Position numbers and translations under genes: made by a program. Shown here piece by piece: positions 40,808 to 51,144 of a stretch of 64,000 bases of DNA. Each line of letters starts with the position of its first letter. The stretch's first letter is position 1. A model generated the notes under the pieces. That model made no database searches. It worked only from the letters and a program-made list of their open reading frames with translations, and was not told the DNA's origin. The DNA is from Longimicrobiales bacterium (GTDB lineage: Bacteria; Gemmatimonadota; Gemmatimonadetes; Longimicrobiales; Gaopeijiaceae): assembly GCA_965226375.1 (NCBI GenBank), contig CBDDCX010000008.1:1952001-2016000 (forward strand), in the 5' to 3' direction.

Positions 40808-41851
40808 CTACGGAACCTCGATGTTGTCCAGGACCCGAGTGACCACGTCCTCGGGGGTGACCTCTTCTGCCTCCGCCTCGTAGGTCAGCAACACGCGGTG
40901 GCGCATCACGTCCAACCCGACGGCCCGGACGTCTTCGGGAGTCACGTAGCCCCGGCGCCGCAAGAAGGCATGCGCTCGCGCCGCCTTGGCCAGGTTGATG
41001 GTCGCGCGAGGCGACGCACCGAAGTCGATGAGATCCACGAGGTCGTGAAGCCCATGCCCCGCCGGATCGCGCGTGGCGAACACCAGATCCACGATATACC
41101 GCTCGACCTGGCTGTCCATGTAGATCATCTGCACGGCACCCCTGGCCTTGAGGATCTCCTCGGGCGTGATGACGGCGGACACCTCGGGCATAGGCCCGCC
41201 CGCCACACGCCGCAGGATCTCCAGCTCTTCGTCCTTGTCGGGGTAACCGACAGAGAGCTTGAGCATGAAGCGGTCGACCTGGGCCTCCGGCAGAGGATAG
41301 GTCCCCTCCTGCTCGATCGGGTTCTGGGTGGCGAGGACCAGGAACGGGTCGTCCAGAGGGAACGTGTTCTCGCCGATGGTGACCTGTTGCTCCTGCATGG
41401 ATTCCAGAAGGGCAGCCTGCACCTTGGCCGGCGATCGGTTGATCTCGTCGGCCAGGATGATATTGGCGAAGATGGGCCCCTTCTTCGTCTGGAACTCCGA
41501 CGACTTGGGATCGTAGATCAGCGTCCCGATCAGATCCGCCGGGAGTAGGTCGGGCGTAAACTGGATACGCTGGAAGGACGTCTGGATCGCCTTGGCCAGG
41601 GTGCTGACCGTCAGCGTCTTGGCGAGTCCGGGAACCCCCTCCATGAGCACGTGGCCATCGGCCAGCAAGCCGATGAGAAGTCGCTCGACCATATAGCGCT
41701 GGCCAACGATGACACGGGCGATCTCATCCCGGAGGCGGCTGATGAAAGCGCTCTCCTCCTGAATCTTGGCCTGAATCACTTCGATGTCCGCGTGCATGGC
41801 CGGAGCGCGCGGCGCTTCGGTGACAGTCTCCATTGTTTCTCGATCTTCCAT
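40808..41851 (-). CDS. moxR: MoxR-family AAA+ ATPase
   Basis: GVPGLAKT, RIQFTPDLLPAD, LADEINR, ATQNPIEQEGTYPLPEAQVDRF; start codon uncertain. Confidence 0.94.
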   Translation of the reverse strand: MEDRETMETVTEAPRAPAMHADIEVIQAKIQEESAFISRLRDEIARVIVGQRYMVERLLIGLLADGHVLMEGVPGLAKTLTVSTLAKAIQTSFQRIQFTPDLLPADLIGTLIYDPKSSEFQTKKGPIFANIILADEINRSPAKVQAALLESMQEQQVTIGENTFPLDDPFLVLATQNPIEQEGTYPLPEAQVDRFMLKLSVGYPDKDEELEILRRVAGGPMPEVSAVITPEEILKARGAVQMIYMDSQVERYIVDLVFATRDPAGHGLHDLVDLIDFGASPRATINLAKAARAHAFLRRRGYVTPEDVRAVGLDVMRHRVLLTYEAEAEEVTPEDVVTRVLDNIEVP

Positions 41852-42152
41852 CGGGTTCGTCCGGCTGTTTGAAATCGCTGCTTCCACAGCCGTGGAATAT
41901 ACTCAACGCGGGGCTCAACGGGATTCCCCGCTGGATATGCCTTGGCGACCGGGATTCTCGAGGCACCCCACCTGGATGAGCGCTACCGATGTATGATCAA
42001 GGAAGTCGACTGAAGGGTTTACTGTGGATGTGACCTCCTCGAGTCTTAAGCTGTACCGAGGCTTCAAGTGTCATGGTCCAGGTGGCTCGCGTTTCCTCTG
42101 AACGCTACACTACCGCGCGATCCGCAGAATCCACCCACCGAGCCCCTGATAC

Positions 42153-42994
42153 GTGCCGGAATCGACCGACCTCAGCCCGCCCGCCAACGCCTCGTCGGCG
42201 CGACAAAAGACCTACGAGATCATCTTCGGGCACGAGACCTGGGCGGGTCGCACGTCGACGTGCTCCTGCTCGCAGCCATCCTGGCCAGCGTGTCCGTGAT
42301 CATGATGGAGAGCGTGGCGTCGATCCGCGGTGAGTACGGCGGGTTGCTCCGGGGAGCGGAGTGGTTCTTCACGGTGCTCTTCACCGTGGAGTACGTGACC
42401 CGCCTCTGGTGCGTAGGCCGACCGGGTGCATATGCGCGGAGCTTCCTCGGGGTCATCGACCTTTTGGCCGTACTCCCCACCTACCTTTCGGTGCTGGTGC
42501 CCGGCGGACAGGTCCTCACGGTGGTCCGCATTCTTCGAGTGCTTCGCGTCTTTCGCGTCCTCAAGCTGGCGCACTACGTCGGAGAAGCCCGTATCCTGGG
42601 CCAGGCCCTGAGGGCGAGCCGCTTCAAGATCACGATCTTCGTGATAACGGTCTTGAGCATCACCGTGATTGTCGGTTCATTGATGTATCTGGTCGAGGGT
42701 CCCGCCTCTGGGTTCACGAGCATTCCTCAAGGCGTCTACTGGGCCATCGTGACCCTTACGACGGTCGGGTTCGGAGACATCACGCCACAGACCCCCTGGG
42801 GCCAGGCTTTGGCAAGCGTGGTGATGATCATGGGCTATGGGATCATCGCAATACCGACCGGTATCCTCACCGCCGAGTTCGTCGAGACGGCGCGCGCCCA
42901 ACGGGGTGCCCCCTGCGAGGGCTGTGGCCACGGTGGTCATGACCGGGACGCGAGCCACTGCAAGTGGTGTGGCAGCGCCCTGGCAGGATCGTAG
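42153..42994 (+). pseudogene. Potassium channel / ion transporter with probable 1-nt deletion near 42254
   Basis: S4-like RILRVLRVFRVLK, filter TTVGFGD, C-terminal Cys motifs; plausible N-terminus YEIIFGHETWAGRT lies in another frame from GTG 42153. Confidence 0.75.
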
Positions 42995-43113
42995 TCGAGG
43001 CAGATCTCCCTGCTTCAACTCGACTCGGGAACAACAGTTGCCATCCGTCTACCAATGCCGTGGTGTTGGGACCCGAACAAACACCGATAACCCGCCGAAC
43101 GTAGGAGGCGACC

Positions 43114-43647
43114 ATGTCGATGCCACAATCACAGCCCGCGTCGATGGCTGAAGCACTGCTTGCTCAGTTCAGGCAGGAAATGGCTGGGACCAGAACCACG
43201 CTCGAGAGAGTGCCCTTCGACAAAGCCGACTGGGCACCGCACGAGAAGGCCATGACGCTGGGCCGCCTGGCCGGCCATATCGCAGAGATGCCGGGGTGGG
43301 GAGCAGCCGTGCTGACCACGGACGAGTTCGACATGAACCCCGTGGACGGTGAAGCCTACTCGGCCCCGGAGCACCAATCGTTGGACGACATCCTCACCGC
43401 ATTCGACGCCGGCGTATCCGCAGCGGAGTCCACGCTGCCGGGCACCTCCGATGAGGCGATGGGCGTCCACTGGAGCCTGAAGTCGGGTGGCGAAGAGGTT
43501 ATGGGCGCCCCCCGAGGCGTGTTCTTCAGGGACGTCATCATAAGCCACCTCATCCATCATCGTGCACAGCTCGGAGTCTATCTCCGGCTCCTGGACATCG
43601 CCGTCCCGGGTATGTACGGCCCCTCGGCCGACGAACACGAGGAGTAG
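43114..43647 (+). CDS. DinB family protein
   Basis: WAPHEKAMTLGRLAGHIAE and HLIHHRAQLGVYLRLL; AGGAGG RBS. Confidence 0.88.
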   Translation: MSMPQSQPASMAEALLAQFRQEMAGTRTTLERVPFDKADWAPHEKAMTLGRLAGHIAEMPGWGAAVLTTDEFDMNPVDGEAYSAPEHQSLDDILTAFDAGVSAAESTLPGTSDEAMGVHWSLKSGGEEVMGAPRGVFFRDVIISHLIHHRAQLGVYLRLLDIAVPGMYGPSADEHEE

Positions 43648-43721
43648 CGAAGGCCGAGCGCTTCCCCGTTCGTCCCGGGCCGCGCTTCAGACCAGCGGGC
43701 CCGCGAATGGGCTGTTGCACC

Positions 43722-43758
43722 GGGGCCTCCGTCCACATGGGCGGGGGCCTCTTGATTT
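43722..43758 (+). terminator. Probable intrinsic terminator after the DinB gene
   Basis: GGGGCCTCCGTCC-ACAT-GGGCGGGGGCCTC followed by TTGATTT. Confidence 0.55.
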
Positions 43759-43908
43759 GGGTGGGCCGCCCCATCGGGGTGGGCGGTAGATCGACTACGC
43801 TGTGCCGGAGTCGGCACTCTTTTCCGAGCCAACACGTGTCCTGAGGGCATAATCTCACCGAATCGGGCTAGATTCGCGCCTGCGGGGTCCGCGCGAAGCC
43901 CTGAATCC

Positions 43909-43924
43909 TGGCACGAGCCTTGCG
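43909..43924 (+). promoter_or_regulatory. Sigma-54 promoter
   Basis: TGGCACGAGCCTTGCG, exact TGGCACG-N4-TTGC, about 100 nt upstream of the next CDS. Confidence 0.7.
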
Positions 43925-44021
43925 TTTGTAGATCACGGTTTTCCGAGGGTGTGCAAACAGACGGGTGCCAAACGTCCCCCTCCGAAACGGCAATAAGGTG
44001 ACTCGGGACCTGGAGGCGACG

Positions 44022-44627
44022 GTGCGGAAGATCTATCTACTCGGACTGCTCTACGTCGGTTTGAGCGTGATGTACATCATGAGGGCGCGGGAGCCGATAG
44101 TGATTCCAGATGATCCTCCCTTCACCCTCACCGTTCAGGCGCAGCCCGACATCGACCCGGACGTCGATCCGAATGACGCCGTGGCCTGGTTCCACTCCGT
44201 GAAAGCCTACTGCAACCCGGTAGAAGTCGAGACGAGGGTCAGTTGGAATCCGGCGCCCCGGTCCGCGGACGGCACCGCCTACCAGGCGACGTGCTTCGCG
44301 CTGGCCGGACGCATCGACACAGCGCGCGAGCTGATCCTGCAGCTGGAAGAAGATCAGCGGTGGCACGCCGCCGGAGTCGTGTTCAATATCGGCCACCCCG
44401 CGGCAGACGCCGGCGACAACCTGGCCGCCGGCCCCCTGATGGAGCTTGTGGTGGAGTTCTGGCCCAACCACTACATGGCGCTATATCACGCCGGGGCCGC
44501 CCGCTACGCGCTGGGCGACCACGGTGCCGCCCACGGGTATCTGGTGAGATTCCTGGAGCACTACGATCCCGACGACGGCTGGCGCCGGAGCGCCCTGAGC
44601 ATGATCGCGGAAGTCGAGGCCCCGTGA
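44022..44627 (+). CDS. Membrane-anchored TPR-like hypothetical protein
   Basis: GGAGG RBS, GTG start, N-terminal hydrophobic helix, ALYHAGAARYALGD TPR-like segment. Confidence 0.7.
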   Translation: MRKIYLLGLLYVGLSVMYIMRAREPIVIPDDPPFTLTVQAQPDIDPDVDPNDAVAWFHSVKAYCNPVEVETRVSWNPAPRSADGTAYQATCFALAGRIDTARELILQLEEDQRWHAAGVVFNIGHPAADAGDNLAAGPLMELVVEFWPNHYMALYHAGAARYALGDHGAAHGYLVRFLEHYDPDDGWRRSALSMIAEVEAP

Positions 44628-45616
44628 GCGAGCTCATGATACCGACAAAGGTGGTCGGCTCATGCGCTCTCTGTGGCGGGCCGGACCCCCTCGACCTCGC
44701 GGTCTGCCTCGACTGCACGAGTCGCACCGGCGACGGGCTCCTCTTTGTCCGCCAGTCGATTCGTAAGCCCGAGCGGGCCAGGGTCGTCGAACGTCTGCAT
44801 CGTATCCTGCCGCCAGGCGTCGATTGGGAATCGTTCCTTCTGGCCACCAAGGGTTACTTGCCGCTAGCTGCAGTGCCCCTCCCCGCAGCCGAGCAGGTGC
44901 TCGGGGCCTTCGCTCACGAGAGCATCCCCACCCACGTCATTCCAAAGCACTGGGGAGTCGCTCCGATCCCGATGGGGATGACCCTCGTACTCTTGTCGGT
45001 GTTGATCGCGGGCTCTCTGGTCGGACTCCTTTCAGGGCAGCTGCTTTTCCTGGGGAGCCCTCTCTATGCCGGCCTCCTCTGGATTCTGACGCAGCAGCGC
45101 CTCCGCAGACCCGCGGCATGTGAAGGGACGCACCACCCCTGGCTGCCTCGTGACGTCGAGGAGCGCGTTGTGGCAGGTCTGGCGAGCTTGCCTATCGTGA
45201 CGCCCCGCACGCTGCTCGCCGACGCCGTTCACCTCGGGCGCCTCCTGTGGGAGAGAGCTGATGTGACCGGAGACGTCGACCTCGTGGCAGATATGGCGCA
45301 GCTGCTGGCCATCGCAGCCGACGCCGCAACGGATCTGGCACGCGTCGAAGAGGCGGGCCGTGTGGTGGCCAGCCAGAGGGCAGAAGGCGCTGCAGCCTAC
45401 GTGACAAGGACCGAGGCGCTGGAGACGATCGAAGCGTCGAGGCAGCGACTTCACGACCAACTCCTCGACGTGGTGCGGACTATGGGCAGTGCCAACCGGA
45501 GACTCTCTGAAGCCGGAGGCCAGGGTGCCGAGCTGGTTCGGCTCGCCGACGCCATCGAGACGAGCCGCGCCGCCCAGGCAGGAGCCGTCACCGAAGTCGA
45601 GCGGCTCCTGGCCTAG
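44624..45616 (+). CDS. Hypothetical membrane protein with N-terminal Cys4 motif and helical C-terminus
   Basis: GTGA overlap with upstream gene; CALC..CLDC; two hydrophobic helices. Confidence 0.65.
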   Translation: MSELMIPTKVVGSCALCGGPDPLDLAVCLDCTSRTGDGLLFVRQSIRKPERARVVERLHRILPPGVDWESFLLATKGYLPLAAVPLPAAEQVLGAFAHESIPTHVIPKHWGVAPIPMGMTLVLLSVLIAGSLVGLLSGQLLFLGSPLYAGLLWILTQQRLRRPAACEGTHHPWLPRDVEERVVAGLASLPIVTPRTLLADAVHLGRLLWERADVTGDVDLVADMAQLLAIAADAATDLARVEEAGRVVASQRAEGAAAYVTRTEALETIEASRQRLHDQLLDVVRTMGSANRRLSEAGGQGAELVRLADAIETSRAAQAGAVTEVERLLA

Positions 45617-45693
45617 CAACGTGTAGTTGACACACGGGCGCGAGCGCCTAACTCCTTGGACGACCCGAAGGGAATCCTTGTGAGGAATAGGTA

Positions 45694-47298
45694 ATGACGC
45701 GCAGATATGTTGGACTGCGGTGGCGGCTCGTATCGGCTCTGGTGATCACAGCCGCAGGGGCATGCTCGCCCAATGGAGACGCGTCCTCCAGAGCCGGGAC
45801 TCCCGAGCTGCGAGCCGCCCTCTTTGACACCATCATGGCCCTGACCGAGTCCCGGGCGGCGTTCTCGCCCGTGAAAGAGGAGCACTGGAGCTTCTCCCCA
45901 CTGGAGTCCATGTCTGCATACCGTGACGAGTTCATCGCCTCGGACACGGAAGAAGCGCTTTTCTACACGCTCGAGAAAGTGAGCAACGCCCGTAACGACC
46001 GGCATCTGAATGTAAGCTTGGTCCCGGGCGGACTACGGCTCGCGCAGTCCGCGGGAGTGGGGGGAGGAGAGGGGCTCGTATACATCGCCCCGATACGTAT
46101 CCTCCCCGACTACGGCGATCCGGCGGTGTACTTCGTGGCCGACGTGTCTGAGAACGCCGAGCACTTCCCCGATGGCAGGGCGCGGCCCGGCGATCGAGTA
46201 GTTGCCGTAAACGGACGCTCCATGGCCGAGTACGAGGGTGCCGTAAGGCCGTACCAAGCGTCCTCCTACAGACCCAACCTGCGATGGCGCTTGGCCGAGG
46301 ACATCACCGCACGCTCGGCCTTGATGCCTCCTTCATTCTACGGTGACTCCCTCGAGCTGGAGCTCGAAGGAGAAGACGGACGAGTGACCTCGGTAACGCT
46401 GCCCTACCTTCATCCCGACTCCATCCCCTGGGCAGACCTCGCTGAGCCGAACTACCCGGGATTCAGGATCGAGCATTCCACGCCTACCTACGACCTCTAC
46501 TTGCCCGAGGACGACCGCTCCGTATTGATTCTGACCTGGTACGGATTCCGCGAGACGATGATCGCCGATGTCGACGAGCTCATGGAGTTGGCCGTTGCGG
46601 GAGGTTGGCTCGATCACGACCTCATCATCGACGGTACCCGAAGCCGGGGGGGCTCGGCCGGAGCCTACGCCGTCCAACGCTTCACCCCCAAAGCATTCAA
46701 GACCACGTTCGGAAACCTCCGCGTCAGCGACGTCGTGCCTCTCTTCATCGAGCAAAAGAGAGAGGAGATCGCTACCGGCGGGTCGTTGGACTCGGGGGTT
46801 CAGGAGGCCATGGACGACGGTTCTTGGCTCATGGAATGGCTGGATACGGACGTGGCCGACTCGGTGGTGGCGGGTGCGCTGTACACGAACAACGTGCCTT
46901 TCAAGCTGGCCCACGCGTCAAAAGACTCCGACGGGATTCTCCAGCCGGCGTCGATCCATTTTCGGGGTCGGATGGTGTGTTTCTTTGTGCCACGACGGGG
47001 ATCCCACCTGGATCAGTTCGCTTCCATCATCAAGGACAACGCCCTGGGGTACATCATCGGGATGACCCCGGGCGGGTACAGCAACACGTGGGAGTGGGAT
47101 GAGGTCCTCTACTTTCCCGGGACGGATCGGCCCGTGGCCCGATTCATGTGGGACATAGGCCACACCATCCGCCCCAACGGCGAGATCCAGGAGGGCAACC
47201 CGGCGCTCCCCGATGAGCTCGTCGCCCTCACCCGCGAGAACTTCCGTACCTACTACCCGGAGCTGGTTCGGCGGGCCATGGCGTACCTGGGTGGCTGA
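45694..47298 (+). CDS. Lipoprotein with PDZ-like and S41 peptidase-like regions
   Basis: Lipobox AGAC; PGDRVVAVNG; LIIDGTRSRGGS resembles the S41 D-x-R-x-N-x-GG segment. Confidence 0.6.
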   Translation: MTRRYVGLRWRLVSALVITAAGACSPNGDASSRAGTPELRAALFDTIMALTESRAAFSPVKEEHWSFSPLESMSAYRDEFIASDTEEALFYTLEKVSNARNDRHLNVSLVPGGLRLAQSAGVGGGEGLVYIAPIRILPDYGDPAVYFVADVSENAEHFPDGRARPGDRVVAVNGRSMAEYEGAVRPYQASSYRPNLRWRLAEDITARSALMPPSFYGDSLELELEGEDGRVTSVTLPYLHPDSIPWADLAEPNYPGFRIEHSTPTYDLYLPEDDRSVLILTWYGFRETMIADVDELMELAVAGGWLDHDLIIDGTRSRGGSAGAYAVQRFTPKAFKTTFGNLRVSDVVPLFIEQKREEIATGGSLDSGVQEAMDDGSWLMEWLDTDVADSVVAGALYTNNVPFKLAHASKDSDGILQPASIHFRGRMVCFFVPRRGSHLDQFASIIKDNALGYIIGMTPGGYSNTWEWDEVLYFPGTDRPVARFMWDIGHTIRPNGEIQEGNPALPDELVALTRENFRTYYPELVRRAMAYLGG

Positions 47299-47305
47299 CG
47301 ACTCG

Positions 47306-48583
47306 ATGCGGGAGGACGCGGTAGAGAGACGGCCCGATCCCTCGGCGGGTCACGACCGAGACCGCACGCTCTGGTCGCGTTATCGCGAGCTCTCCCTCGG
47401 CTCGAAGATCCTGCTCTACATGGTGCTGGGTGGAGTCGTAGGAATGGTACTCGGCGAGCGAGCAACGGTGGTGCAGCCCTTGGGGGACTTGTTCATCCGG
47501 TTGCTGATCATGGCGGCCATTCCCTTGGTCTTCTTCAATCTTCTCGCCGGGATCACGAGTCTGGTCGATCTCAAGACACTGGGACGGTTGGCGGCCAAGA
47601 TCCTCTCGTACTACGTGCTGACCACGACGCTGGCGCTGGTCTTCGGCCTCACCTCCATGCACCTGCTGAAACCCGGACTAGGAATGACCCTCACCGAGGA
47701 CGCGGACCCCTCGGTGGGAGACGTGCCACGCGTGGTCGACGTGATCCTGGACCTGTTTCCCGAGAATGCGTTCGAAGCCTTCGCGACCGGCAAGGTCTCT
47801 CAAATCGTCGTCTTCGCCCTCTTTCTGGGTATCGCCACGGTTCTTCTTCCGGAGGACCGCCGTGCACCTCTGCGCTCCGGATTCGGCCTCGTGGCCGAGT
47901 TGCTCAGGAAGTTGGTCGATGTGATCATGTGGTTCGGACCCATCGGCATCGGGGCCTTGGCCGCGGCGACGCTCGGCCAGTATGGATCGCAGATCTTCGG
48001 ACCGCTCGCCCTCTTTATAGGCGGGATGTGGCTGGCCCAGGTCGCCATGGTGGTGGTGTACATGACCCTCCTCGGTGTGCTCACGCCCCATTCGCCGGTG
48101 AACTTCCTGAAGCAAACTGGGACCTTGTGGGCCACGACGATCGCGACATGTAGCAGCCTGGCCAGCCTGGCCGTGGCGTTCGAAGTGGCAGAAGGTCGGC
48201 TGAAGCTCCCCCAACGCATCTACTCGTTCACCCTCCCCTTAGGGGCTCAACTGAACAAGGACGGCACCTCCATCATGCTGGCGGGCGTCCTCTTGTTTAC
48301 GGCCCAGGCAGCCGGGGTGGACTTCAGCCTGGCATCACAGATCAGCATCCTCCTGATTGGCCTGGTCCTTTCGGAAGGCTCGGGCGGCATCCCGGGCGGC
48401 GGTCTGGTGATCGCCCTCATCTTCGTGCAGGCATTCAGCCTACCGCTGGAGATCGCCGCTATCGTGGCGGGCATCTACCGACTGATCGACATGGGAAGCA
48501 CGACCATCAACGTCATGGGCGACATGGTGGGAACCGCAATCGTATCGCACTCCGAGCGACATAACACCGAGGCTCCGGCATGA
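47306..48583 (+). CDS. Dicarboxylate/amino acid:cation symporter (DAACS)
   Basis: GDLFIRLL, TCSSLASL, LPLGAQLNKDG, TTINVMGD. Confidence 0.9.
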   Translation: MREDAVERRPDPSAGHDRDRTLWSRYRELSLGSKILLYMVLGGVVGMVLGERATVVQPLGDLFIRLLIMAAIPLVFFNLLAGITSLVDLKTLGRLAAKILSYYVLTTTLALVFGLTSMHLLKPGLGMTLTEDADPSVGDVPRVVDVILDLFPENAFEAFATGKVSQIVVFALFLGIATVLLPEDRRAPLRSGFGLVAELLRKLVDVIMWFGPIGIGALAAATLGQYGSQIFGPLALFIGGMWLAQVAMVVVYMTLLGVLTPHSPVNFLKQTGTLWATTIATCSSLASLAVAFEVAEGRLKLPQRIYSFTLPLGAQLNKDGTSIMLAGVLLFTAQAAGVDFSLASQISILLIGLVLSEGSGGIPGGGLVIALIFVQAFSLPLEIAAIVAGIYRLIDMGSTTINVMGDMVGTAIVSHSERHNTEAPA

Positions 48584-49764
48584 GCGCTGATATTTTCGCA
48601 GACTTTCGGGAGAACTTTCCGGGCACCCGCGACGGGGTCTTCACCAACGTGGCCCAACGGGGGCTCATGCCGATTCAGGTGCGGGATGCCATCATGGCTT
48701 ATCTGGACCGGCGGACGGGCCTGGGTTGGAGTAAGGAAGAGTCCTTCGAGCTTGTCGAGGGCACACGCGACACGTTCGCGAAGTTCGTGAACGCCCACCC
48801 GGACGAAATTGCGTTCCTCAAGAACGTCTCGGACGGGTTGAACCACATCGCCTCCGGGCTCCTCTGGAAGACCGGGGACAATGTGGTGATGTGCCCGGAG
48901 CTGGAGCATCCGGCCAACGTGAACCCGTGGTACAACGCGGCCCGACGCTACGGTGTCGAGGTGCGCGCCGTGCCTCCCGACGACGGCCGGCTCAACCTCG
49001 ACACCCTCATGGCGGCGGTGGATGACCGCACAAGGGTGGTGTCGGTCTCGACGGTCACGTTCTCGCCAGGATTCGTCACAGATGTTGCCGCCCTCGCGGA
49101 TGCGTGCCGGGCGCGCGGCCCACGGCTCGTCGTCGATGCGGCCCAATCCATCGGTATTCTGCACACCGACGTGGAGCAACTCGGCATCGACGCCTTGGCC
49201 GTGGCTACCCAGAAGGGTCTGCTCTCGTGTTACGGGATGGGGTTCCTCTACTGCCGGAGGAGCTACGCGGAAGAGATGGAGCCTGCCGCCCTGGCTCGAT
49301 TTTCTGTGACCCTGGAAGAGGGCGCCCACGAGACGGCGCTCACGGGAGAGAACTTCACCTATGCGCCCGCCGCGAGACGCTTCGACGGAGGCAACTACAA
49401 CTACCTGGGAATCACGGCCGTGAACGCGGCTCTGAATCTGCTGAACCAGCTCGGCACACCGGCCATCGATACGTACGTTCGTGCGCTGGCGGTGCGTTTG
49501 GCCGAGGGATTCCTCGAGATGGGTCTACCTGTCTGTGGAGGAGCGCCGGGGCCGCATCTCGGCAACATCGTAGCGCTGGGTAAGAGTGGCGGGGGGCGCC
49601 ACTATACGGCCGACGATCCGGCGCTGAACTCCCTTCACGACATACTCACCCGCGAGGGAGTCCACCTTTCCATCAGGAAGGGCGTACTTCGATTCTCACT
49701 CCACGCGTACAACAACGAGGAAGATGTGGATCGGATTCTGGAGATCGCGCGGACCGCGGGGTAG
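48580..49764 (+). CDS. Class V PLP-dependent aminotransferase-like enzyme
   Basis: LEHPANV, VDAAQSIG, ATQKGLL, LRFSLHAYNNEEDVDR. Confidence 0.88.
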   Translation: MSADIFADFRENFPGTRDGVFTNVAQRGLMPIQVRDAIMAYLDRRTGLGWSKEESFELVEGTRDTFAKFVNAHPDEIAFLKNVSDGLNHIASGLLWKTGDNVVMCPELEHPANVNPWYNAARRYGVEVRAVPPDDGRLNLDTLMAAVDDRTRVVSVSTVTFSPGFVTDVAALADACRARGPRLVVDAAQSIGILHTDVEQLGIDALAVATQKGLLSCYGMGFLYCRRSYAEEMEPAALARFSVTLEEGAHETALTGENFTYAPAARRFDGGNYNYLGITAVNAALNLLNQLGTPAIDTYVRALAVRLAEGFLEMGLPVCGGAPGPHLGNIVALGKSGGGRHYTADDPALNSLHDILTREGVHLSIRKGVLRFSLHAYNNEEDVDRILEIARTAG

Positions 49765-49823
49765 CGACCGGGAGAAGGCGCCACCACGCGGGAGCGCAGA
49801 GCCCCCGATTGCGGACCGTAGCG

Positions 49824-50987
49824 CTAGCTCCCGAACGCTGCCTCGAAACGCTCGATCAGCACTATTGCCGCCGCATCGGTGCCGTTCTCGCCCGGGTCGT
49901 CGGCCGCGTTCGTGACCGTGAACAGTCCGAAGTCTCTGCCCGGCGCCAGCCACAGCCTGGCGAACCACCTTACGTTGCTCCCGTTGTGAGTCAGAGCCAC
50001 GCCGCCGGTCCATGGTTGTTGCTCCAGTCCCCAACCCTGGGCATAGGCAGTGCCTGGGGCGGCGGTGTGAAGCTGCTGCCAGGACGCTGGCTCGAGGATC
50101 CCACCCTGCCCCTGAGCCCCAGCTAGATGTGCGGCCATGTACAGGGCCATATCCGCCATCGAGATGTGAACGGTTCCCGCAGGCCCGATGGAGGCAGGGT
50201 TGTCCGCCCCCGCGCTGCCCGGAGACTGCGGCGCCCAGTTCCCGCCGCTCCGAAGGTGGCCCCAGGGTTGGTCACGCACGCCCGGCTGGCCCGGAGCGCC
50301 GAACCCGGCCGTGGTGATCCCCAAGGGCTGAAAGAGTTCCTGCTCCATGAGCGTTTCCCACCCCAGCCCCGTGAGAGCCTCGATCATCGCACCCGCCACG
50401 ATGTAGCCGGCGTTTGAGTACAGGTGCTCACCACGAGATCGCTCCGGACTCAGGGCCAGGAGTTGGGCCGCCCACAGCAGGCGTTCCTCTGTGGTGGCCG
50501 GGCCCACGTCGACATCGAGGGTGGGCCAGATCGGAACCTCATGCACCTCGTCCCGTAGGCCCGACGTGTGCGAAAGAAGCTCCGTAAAGTTCACGTCGGC
50601 ATACTCGGGACGCATGTCCGCGACCAGGGCTGGAAGGGCCTGCGACACGGTCGTGCTCCATGACAGGACCCCTCGTTCCGCCAAGCGAGCGACGACGGTA
50701 GCCGTCATGGCCTTGGTGATGGATCCGACGTGCCAGAGATCGTTCTCGGTCACGGGCTCCGGACTGCCGTCCGCCCGCATGCCGACGGCGGCCATTTCGA
50801 TCACGCGACCTTGGTGCACCATCATCGCCGCGAGCGCTGGCAGGTCATGCGCCGCCCGCACGAACTCCAGAGTTTCGGCCAGCGTTCCGTCGCCGGCGCG
50901 TCCGGGATCGTCGGGTACGACCGGGTCGTCTCCACAGGCCGGGAAGAGGACCACGAGGACCAGGGCCACGCGCCGCGCTGACCTCAT
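49824..50987 (-). CDS. Serine hydrolase, beta-lactamase-like lipoprotein
   Basis: SITK, LLSHTSG, YSNAGY, HNGS; start MRSARR with PAC lipobox-like site. Confidence 0.87.
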   Translation of the reverse strand: MRSARRVALVLVVLFPACGDDPVVPDDPGRAGDGTLAETLEFVRAAHDLPALAAMMVHQGRVIEMAAVGMRADGSPEPVTENDLWHVGSITKAMTATVVARLAERGVLSWSTTVSQALPALVADMRPEYADVNFTELLSHTSGLRDEVHEVPIWPTLDVDVGPATTEERLLWAAQLLALSPERSRGEHLYSNAGYIVAGAMIEALTGLGWETLMEQELFQPLGITTAGFGAPGQPGVRDQPWGHLRSGGNWAPQSPGSAGADNPASIGPAGTVHISMADMALYMAAHLAGAQGQGGILEPASWQQLHTAAPGTAYAQGWGLEQQPWTGGVALTHNGSNVRWFARLWLAPGRDFGLFTVTNAADDPGENGTDAAAIVLIERFEAAFGS

Positions 50988-51144
50988 CCCGTCCGAAACA
51001 GCCCGGTGGCAGACGCATGAATCGAATGGATGCATGGGTCCATTAGGCCAGGGCTCCAGTGAGGTTCCATTCCAGGCATGGCACAGGTACTCGACGCGAA
51101 CATCGCCACTGGCGAGTGGGCGCGCGGCCGTCCAGGTTCGTCTC

